Shown piece by piece: positions 58,679 through 64,000 of a stretch of DNA of 64,000 nucleotides. Every line of letters begins with the position of its first letter. The stretch's first letter is position 1. The stretch lies in NCBI RefSeq assembly GCF_056746865.1, contig NZ_CM163382.1. One strand, given 5' to 3'. Made by a program: the position numbers and the translations under genes. The notes below the pieces were generated by a model that was given only the letters and a program-made list of their open reading frames with translations, was not told the origin of the DNA and did not search any database.

Positions 58679-59341
58679 ATGACCATTACGTCTCTGGATG
58701 GCTATCGCTGGCTGAAGAACGATATTATTCGCGGTAATTTTCAACCGGATGAAAAATTACGGATGAGTTTGCTTACATCGCGTTATGCACTTGGCGTTGG
58801 GCCGTTACGGGAAGCTCTTTCGCAACTGGTGGCGGAACGGCTGGTCACGGTGGTGAATCAAAAAGGGTATCGGGTGGCGTCTATGTCAGAGCAGGAGCTG
58901 CTCGATATTTTCGACGCCCGCGCCAATATGGAAGCGATGCTGGTCAGTCTGGCGATTGCCCGCGGTGGCGATGAATGGGAGGCAGACGTTCTCGCAAAAG
59001 CGCATCTGCTCAGTAAGCTGGAGGCCTGTGACGCCAGTGAGAAAATGCTTGATGAGTGGGATCTGCGTCATCAGGCGTTTCATACGGCAATTGTGGCGGG
59101 CTGTGGTTCTCACTATTTGCTGCAAATGCGTGAACGGTTGTTTGATCTGGCGGCGCGCTATCGATTTATCTGGCTGCGGCGAACAGTGCTTTCGGTGGAG
59201 ATGCTGGAGGATAAACACGATCAGCACCAGACCCTGACAGCGGCGGTACTGGCGCGAGATACCGCGCGCGCCAGTGAGTTAATGCGCCAGCATTTACTGA
59301 CGCCAATTCCCATTATCCAGCAGGCGATGGCTGGCAATTAA
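58679..59341 (+). CDS. csiR: GntR/FadR-family repressor CsiR
   Basis: The start MTITSLDGYRWLKNDIIRGNF gives 220 aa. Confidence 0.9.
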   Translation: MTITSLDGYRWLKNDIIRGNFQPDEKLRMSLLTSRYALGVGPLREALSQLVAERLVTVVNQKGYRVASMSEQELLDIFDARANMEAMLVSLAIARGGDEWEADVLAKAHLLSKLEACDASEKMLDEWDLRHQAFHTAIVAGCGSHYLLQMRERLFDLAARYRFIWLRRTVLSVEMLEDKHDQHQTLTAAVLARDTARASELMRQHLLTPIPIIQQAMAGN

Positions 59342-59791
59342 CTACTCTTCAGGAATACGCAACACTTGCCCCGGGTAAATTTTATCCGGGCTTTTGAGCA
59401 TCGGTTTATTCGCTTCGAAGATTTTATTGTACAGATTGGCGTTACCGTAGACCTGTTTGGAAATGGCACTCAGAGTGTCGCCAGACTTAACGGTATAAAA
59501 CTGGCTGGCAGCGGCTGGTGTCGCCGTTTTCACCTGATCATCGACACTGGCAATACCGGAAATATTCCCCACCGCAACAAGGATTTTCTCCTTCGCCTCC
59601 TGACTCAGGCCATCACCCGTGACCGTCGCTTTGCCGTCGGCGATTTGAATGTTCACTTTATCGGCATCAGGTATACCGGTTTTGTTCAGATGCTCCTGCA
59701 CCTTCTTCGCCTGATCGTCTTTATCGTGCTGACCTGTAACCGCGTCCCAGAGTTTTTCTCCGGCATCTTTCACAAAATTGAACAGACCCAT
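59342..59791 (-). CDS. ygaU: BON-LysM potassium-binding protein YgaU (Kbp)
   Basis: The start [18 protein letters not shown] gives 149 aa. C-terminal Lys[32 protein letters not shown]. Confidence 0.92.
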   Translation of the reverse strand: MGLFNFVKDAGEKLWDAVTGQHDKDDQAKKVQEHLNKTGIPDADKVNIQIADGKATVTGDGLSQEAKEKILVAVGNISGIASVDDQVKTATPAAASQFYTVKSGDTLSAISKQVYGNANLYNKIFEANKPMLKSPDKIYPGQVLRIPEE

Positions 59792-59874
59792 AGCTACCTC
59801 ATTCGTTAACGGAAACACTCAGAAAGTGTAGCAGAGGAACGCGGCGCGTTAACGCCGCGGGGGTGAGGACAGGT

Positions 59875-60033
59875 TTAATCGCGGGTTTGCACCCAGAAAG
59901 CGTGAATCAAACCGGGGATATATCCAAGCAGTGTCAGCAGAATATTAATAATGAACGCCCAACCGAACCCTTTACCGAGCAGCACGCCGAGCGGCGGCAG
60001 AATGATGGTGATGACGATTCTCCAGAAACCCAT
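59875..60033 (-). CDS. yqaE: small Pmp3/YqaE-family membrane protein
   Basis: The minus strand reads MGFWRIVITIILPPLGVLLGKGFGWAFIINILLTLLGYIPGLIHAFWVQTRD (52 aa). It is too short for the ORF track, which shows only the spurious plus-strand ORF 59863-60048. Confidence 0.88.
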   Translation of the reverse strand: MGFWRIVITIILPPLGVLLGKGFGWAFIINILLTLLGYIPGLIHAFWVQTRD

Positions 60034-60215
60034 ATGTACTCCCTATAAGAAAATTACTCATTGTTTAAAAAGAGATTTTATCTCTTAAGCGTAGTAATTT
60101 TAGCGGAGCCTGCCAGTTTCAGCTTACGCTTTTACTCTCATTTACGCTGCTGATGCTGGCATATGTTATATTTTTAGTTTAGAGTTTACTTAATTTAGAA
60201 AATGCTTAAATAACT

Positions 60216-60515
60216 ATGACTGAACTCGCGCAATTACAGGCCAGTGCCGAACAGGCAGCGGCCTTATTGAAAGCAATGAGCCACCCTAAACGGTTGCTGA
60301 TTCTGTGCATGCTTAGCGGTTCCCCCGGCACCAGCGCGGGAGAGCTGACGCGCATTACCGGACTGAGTGCCTCTGCGACATCACAGCATCTCGCTCGTAT
60401 GCGGGACGAAGGGCTTATCGACAGCCAACGGGATGCCCAACGCATTCTATATTCCATTAAAAATGAGGCGGTAAATGCCATTATCGCCACCCTGAAAAAT
60501 GTCTATTGTCCGTAA
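60216..60515 (+). CDS. ygaV: ArsR-family transcriptional regulator YgaV
   Basis: 99 aa with LLKAMSHPKRLLILCML, an ArsR-type HTH. Confidence 0.92.
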   Translation: MTELAQLQASAEQAAALLKAMSHPKRLLILCMLSGSPGTSAGELTRITGLSASATSQHLARMRDEGLIDSQRDAQRILYSIKNEAVNAIIATLKNVYCP

Positions 60516-60524
60516 GGAGTCACT

Positions 60525-61049
60525 ATGGCTTTGACAACCATTTCGCCGCATGATGCACAAGAATTAATCGCACGCGGCGCAAAGTTAATCGATATTCGTG
60601 ACGCTGATGAATATCTTCGTGAACATATTCCTGAAGCAGATCTGGCTCCATTATCCGTGCTGGAACAGTCAGGTCTTCCGGCTAAATTACGTCGCGAGCA
60701 AATTATATTCCACTGCCAGGCAGGTAAACGCACCAGTAATAACGCCGATAAATTAGCAGCGATTGCCGCCCCCGCAGAAATCTTTTTACTCGAAGATGGG
60801 ATTGATGGCTGGAAAAAAGCAGGATTACCAGTAGCGGTAAATAAATCTCAACCCTTGCCGTTAATGCGCCAGGTGCAGATCGCTGCGGGTGGTTTAATAT
60901 TAATCGGCGTTATACTGGGCTATACCGTAAATAGCGGTTTCTTCTTATTAAGCGGCTTTGTTGGTGCCGGGTTACTGTTTGCAGGAATTAGCGGTTTTTG
61001 TGGGATGGCAAGGTTGTTAGATAAGATGCCGTGGAACCAACGAGCTTGA
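60525..61049 (+). CDS. ygaP: membrane-anchored rhodanese YgaP
   Basis: 174 aa with the rhodanese active-site loop FHCQAGKRT and two C-terminal TM helices. Confidence 0.92.
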   Translation: MALTTISPHDAQELIARGAKLIDIRDADEYLREHIPEADLAPLSVLEQSGLPAKLRREQIIFHCQAGKRTSNNADKLAAIAAPAEIFLLEDGIDGWKKAGLPVAVNKSQPLPLMRQVQIAAGGLILIGVILGYTVNSGFFLLSGFVGAGLLFAGISGFCGMARLLDKMPWNQRA

Positions 61050-61055
61050 GAAGCG

Positions 61056-61092
61056 ACGCCGGACGCGCCATAGCGGCGGCATCCGGCCTCAG
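61056..61092. repeat. REP (palindromic unit) element
   Basis: GACGCCGGACGCGCCATAGCGGCGGCATCCGGCCTCA, a typical GCCGGA..TCCGGC REP palindrome between convergent genes. Confidence 0.6.
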
Positions 61093-61095
61093 TAA

Positions 61096-61500
61096 TTAGA
61101 TCAGGAAATCGTCGAGAGATTTACCTTCTGCCAGCGCCTGAGCGATTGGCTTCGGTGTACGGCCCTGACCGGTCCAGGTTTTAGTTTCACCGTTAACATC
61201 AGTGAATTTATATTTCGCCGGACGCGGCTGGCGTTTTTTACCAGCGCGTGGTGCAGCAGCAGAGCTATTACCCAATAACTCTTCCGGGTTAATTCCGTCA
61301 GCTTTCATCAGCTCCAGCCAGGTGCTAATTTTTTCCTGACGCTCAGCCAGTTCACGCTGCTGCTGTTCTTCTTCTTCACGTCTTTCTTTAGTGACAACCC
61401 TGAATTTTTCGAGCATTTCTTCAAGAACGTCAATGGAGAATTCGCGAGCCATCGCACGGAGAGTGCGAATGTTATTTAAACTTTGTAACATTACGGACAT
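61096..61500 (-). CDS. stpA: H-NS paralog StpA
   Basis: 134 aa starting [36 protein letters not shown]. Confidence 0.96.
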   Translation of the reverse strand: MSVMLQSLNNIRTLRAMAREFSIDVLEEMLEKFRVVTKERREEEEQQQRELAERQEKISTWLELMKADGINPEELLGNSSAAAPRAGKKRQPRPAKYKFTDVNGETKTWTGQGRTPKPIAQALAEGKSLDDFLI

Positions 61501-62167
61501 AATAAAGAAAACCTTTTAACGCCAAAACAAAAAAGTATTTCGTCGCGTAGTGTAAGCGATCACTTATTATATTTCCACAAAATTTAATCTATTTACAGTC
61601 CTGCACGAGATTATTTCAGCTGTTATTTTCTGAAACTCTCAGAATAATTTCAAGATTATATATTAGCCATTTTGATGAGTAATTTCGGTTATTGGTGAAC
61701 AGAGCGGCGCTCTCTGCTCGCTAATTCCGCAAGCCTGACAAAACCAAAGTGAATAAAAATGCAATTTAACCGAATAAATGAAAACACCCCTCACTGGTGC
61801 TTTCTGCTGTCAATGTACATTTTCTGGCATAAAAAATGCTGAAAATGACCCGGTCACGACATACACCGAATTCTCTACGCTTATAGCGTTACCTCACCCC
61901 CAAACTTTCATTAGTGTAATTAAAGGCAGGATCATATCTAATTGATTCAATTGAAAATAAACCATATCGGCATGTAAAAATCCACAATGTACAAAAAACG
62001 CGCCGTTACGGAATATTTTATCTACAAAAACAGTTTAAATAAAAATTTTTCACTAATTGATTAGTCATAGCCAGCGATATACGCTATGCGAAAATGCAGA
62101 TGGCAATGAGATCCACTGCTTTCATCTCCATTCACATCCCATTACGCTTTTATTAAGGAGCATTAGC

Positions 62168-62617
62168 ATGTTCTCACCGCAGTCACGCTTGCGTCATGCA
62201 GTTGCAGATACGTTCGCGATGGTTGTTTACTGTTCTGTCGTGAACATGTGTATTGAAGTTTTCCTCTCCGGAATGAGCTTCGAACAGTCTTTTTATTCCA
62301 GATTGGTAGCGATTCCGGTGAACATCTTAATTGCATGGCCATACGGTATGTACCGCGATCTGTTTATGCGCGCAGCACGCAAAGTTAGCCCGTCGGGCTG
62401 GATAAAAAATCTGGCGGATATCATGGCTTATGTGACGTTCCAGTCACCGGTGTATGTGGCGATCTTGTTAGTGGTGGGCGCAGACTGGCATCAGATTATG
62501 GCGGCGGTCAGTTCAAACATCGTTGTTTCGATGTTGATGGGGGCGGTTTATGGCTACTTCCTCGATTATTGCCGCCGACTGTTTAAAGTTAGCCGTTACC
62601 AGCAGGTAAAAGCCTGA
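62168..62617 (+). CDS. alaE: L-alanine exporter AlaE (YgaW)
   Basis: The internal start [25 protein letters not shown] gives 149 aa. Confidence 0.9.
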   Translation: MFSPQSRLRHAVADTFAMVVYCSVVNMCIEVFLSGMSFEQSFYSRLVAIPVNILIAWPYGMYRDLFMRAARKVSPSGWIKNLADIMAYVTFQSPVYVAILLVVGADWHQIMAAVSSNIVVSMLMGAVYGYFLDYCRRLFKVSRYQQVKA

Positions 62618-62653
62618 CCCTTCTTTTCGCGACTGGCATCGCCAGTCGCGTCT

Positions 62654-62998
62654 TTAACTGGCTTCGCCAAATAAACCATTCAAATAACGTTCAAGCGCAA
62701 CACGCGAACTAAAGCCATGCGGGATACCGTAATGCTCATGACGTTCACCCGCTAAATAGAGCGGAAATTGTTGATAATGATCGCAAGTTTTAATATCGGA
62801 AGCGGGTTCAGCCAGTGTTGAACTACGTTCTTTTAATGTTGGATGAATCACCAGGGCGGTACGTCCCATTCGCGCTTCGCGATTAACATAGACATAATTT
62901 TCCCCACGGCGGTAACCATAAGCTTTCTGGGTTACCACATCGACAGTAAAACCGACTTTTTCAAGTACGCGCGCCACCTCGTCTGGTCGTAAATACAT
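62654..62998 (-). CDS. ygaC: YgaC (DUF2002 family)
   Basis: 114 aa starting [22 protein letters not shown]. Confidence 0.88.
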
Positions 62999-63149
62999 AT
63001 TTGATCCTCGTTATTATCAACCGCGGGCCTACCTTACCTGATTGCGCATTCACAACGCTTTCAGAAAAGTCCATAAAGCCGCGATGAACCTCAGTTAAGA
63101 AAATTATGGTCTACACTGAAAATTACATCGAATTCTAATGGGGGATCAT

Positions 63150-63479
63150 ATGTTTAACCGACCGAACCGCAACGACGTTGATGATGGCGTGCAGGATATC
63201 CAGAATGATGTCAATCAATTAGCTGACAGCCTCGAGTCTGTGTTGAAGTCCTGGGGCAGCGACGCCAAAGGGGAAGCAGAAGCCGCTCGCAGTAAAGCGC
63301 AGGCTCTACTGAAAGAAACCAGGGCGCGAATGCATGGTCGTACTCGCGTCCAGCAAGCCGCACGCGATGCCGTTGGCTGCGCGGATTCTTTTGTTCGTGA
63401 AAGACCCTGGTGTAGCGTGGGTACAGCAGCTGCGGTAGGTATTTTTATCGGCGCACTGTTAAGCATGCGCAAATCGTAG
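63150..63479 (+). CDS. ygaM: ElaB/YqjD/YgaM-family ribosome-associated tail-anchored protein
   Basis: The start MFNRPNRNDVDDGVQDIQNDVNQLADSLE gives 109 aa. C-terminal TM segment VGTAAAVGIFIGALL. Confidence 0.88.
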   Translation: MFNRPNRNDVDDGVQDIQNDVNQLADSLESVLKSWGSDAKGEAEAARSKAQALLKETRARMHGRTRVQQAARDAVGCADSFVRERPWCSVGTAAAVGIFIGALLSMRKS

Positions 63480-63509
63480 TGCAAAAATGATAATAAATAC
63501 GCGTCTTTG

Positions 63510-63537
63510 ACCCCGAAGCCTGGCTTCGGGGTTTTTT
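63510..63537. terminator. bidirectional rho-independent terminator
   Basis: ACCCCGAAGCC-t-GGCTTCGGGGT followed by TTTTT, between convergent ygaM and the MocR-like gene. Confidence 0.75.
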
Positions 63538-64000
63538 AGCTTAAGGCTTTACGTAATTGTTGTGCTACCTGTCGCGCCATACCTTCGTTAACGATATTAG
63601 TAAACGAGAGCAGTAATCCACCTTCCCCACTTGAACGGATACGCCAGTCGCTAAGTGCCTGCACCGCAAGGCCTGCAGCATTGGCTTTACGCGCATGGGC
63701 AATATCATCGCCTATCATTCTGATCACCATCTGGATACCACCTTTCTGCGGCACAACCTGAAATCCTTGCTGCGTCAACGCTTGCTCAATCCATTGCCGA
63801 CGTTGAGCATAATGCTGACGCATTTTCTTCAGATGCCGCCAGAAATGCCCCTCGCGAAGAAAGTCTGCCAGTGTGTTCTGCCATAGAACAGGTACCGCAC
63901 ATGGAGCCAGTGACGCCTGGTGGCGGAATTGTGCAATTTGCTTCACCGGCAACACCAGCCACGCACAGCGCAATGCAGGAAATAGCGCTTTGCTGAATGT
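63536..64000 (-). CDS. MocR/GntR-type PLP-dependent regulator, C-terminal aminotransferase-fold part; the gene runs off the right edge
   Basis: The frame is open to the window end. LADFLREGHFWRHLKKMRQHYAQRRQWIEQALTQQGFQV..GGIQMV is typical of the aminotransferase class I/II C-terminal region of MocR-family regulators. Confidence 0.65.
   Translation of the reverse strand, partial: TFSKALFPALRCAWLVLPVKQIAQFRHQASLAPCAVPVLWQNTLADFLREGHFWRHLKKMRQHYAQRRQWIEQALTQQGFQVVPQKGGIQMVIRMIGDDIAHARKANAAGLAVQALSDWRIRSSGEGGLLLSFTNIVNEGMARQVAQQLRKALS

Noticed and set aside
59863-60048. 61-aa plus-strand ORF
   Set aside because: The minus strand encodes the 52-aa YqaE protein, which I recognise exactly. The plus-strand ORF is its shadow.

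Overview
Escherichia coli-type chromosome segment. The left core runs ffh' - ypjD - yfjD - grpE - nadK - recN - bamE - ratB/ratA - smpB - ssrA (tmRNA, 7961-8323). A roughly 32 kb mosaic accessory region (8324 to about 40.9 kb) starts directly after the tmRNA 3' end. It holds a P4-type integrase, an AlpA-like regulator and a DUF927-type replication protein followed by an iteron array, which is a PICI/P4-satellite-like backbone. After the array come blocks of sharply alternating GC content (judged by eye). Block 1 is a very low-GC operon encoding a ComEC-type MBL hydrolase, a trypsin-like protease fusion protein and a Ski2/Hel308-like DExH helicase, with a convergent XRE regulator; this is my top candidate for an undescribed defence system. 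Block 2 is a high-GC glucitol-type PTS plus oxidoreductase module. Block 3 is a lone DUF3883-type nuclease-fold fusion gene. Block 4 is a high-GC module of hexulose-phosphate synthase, hexulose-phosphate isomerase, cupin-type PGI, PTS EIICB and an SgrR-like regulator. Further blocks hold an IS3-family remnant, a RibD_C/DHFR-like gene, and an uncharacterised gene flanked by 58-bp direct repeats whose paralog lies near the integrase. They also hold a CBS-pair/HEPN fusion gene, a small tyrosine recombinase split by a complete IS629 with a 3-bp target duplication, and an HslV/proteasome-like gene carrying an in-frame TGA. The right part is conserved context: a ypjA-like AIDA/Ag43-family autotransporter, pinH/IS3 relics, a ypjC-like ORF, tRNA ileY, a ygaQ-like GH13 amylase, then csiD-lhgO-gabDTP-csiR, ygaU, yqaE, ygaV, ygaP, stpA, alaE, ygaC, ygaM and a truncated MocR-type regulator. 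No rRNA or CRISPR array was seen. All calls come from reading the sequence and ORF translations and from remembered family motifs. No database search was run.
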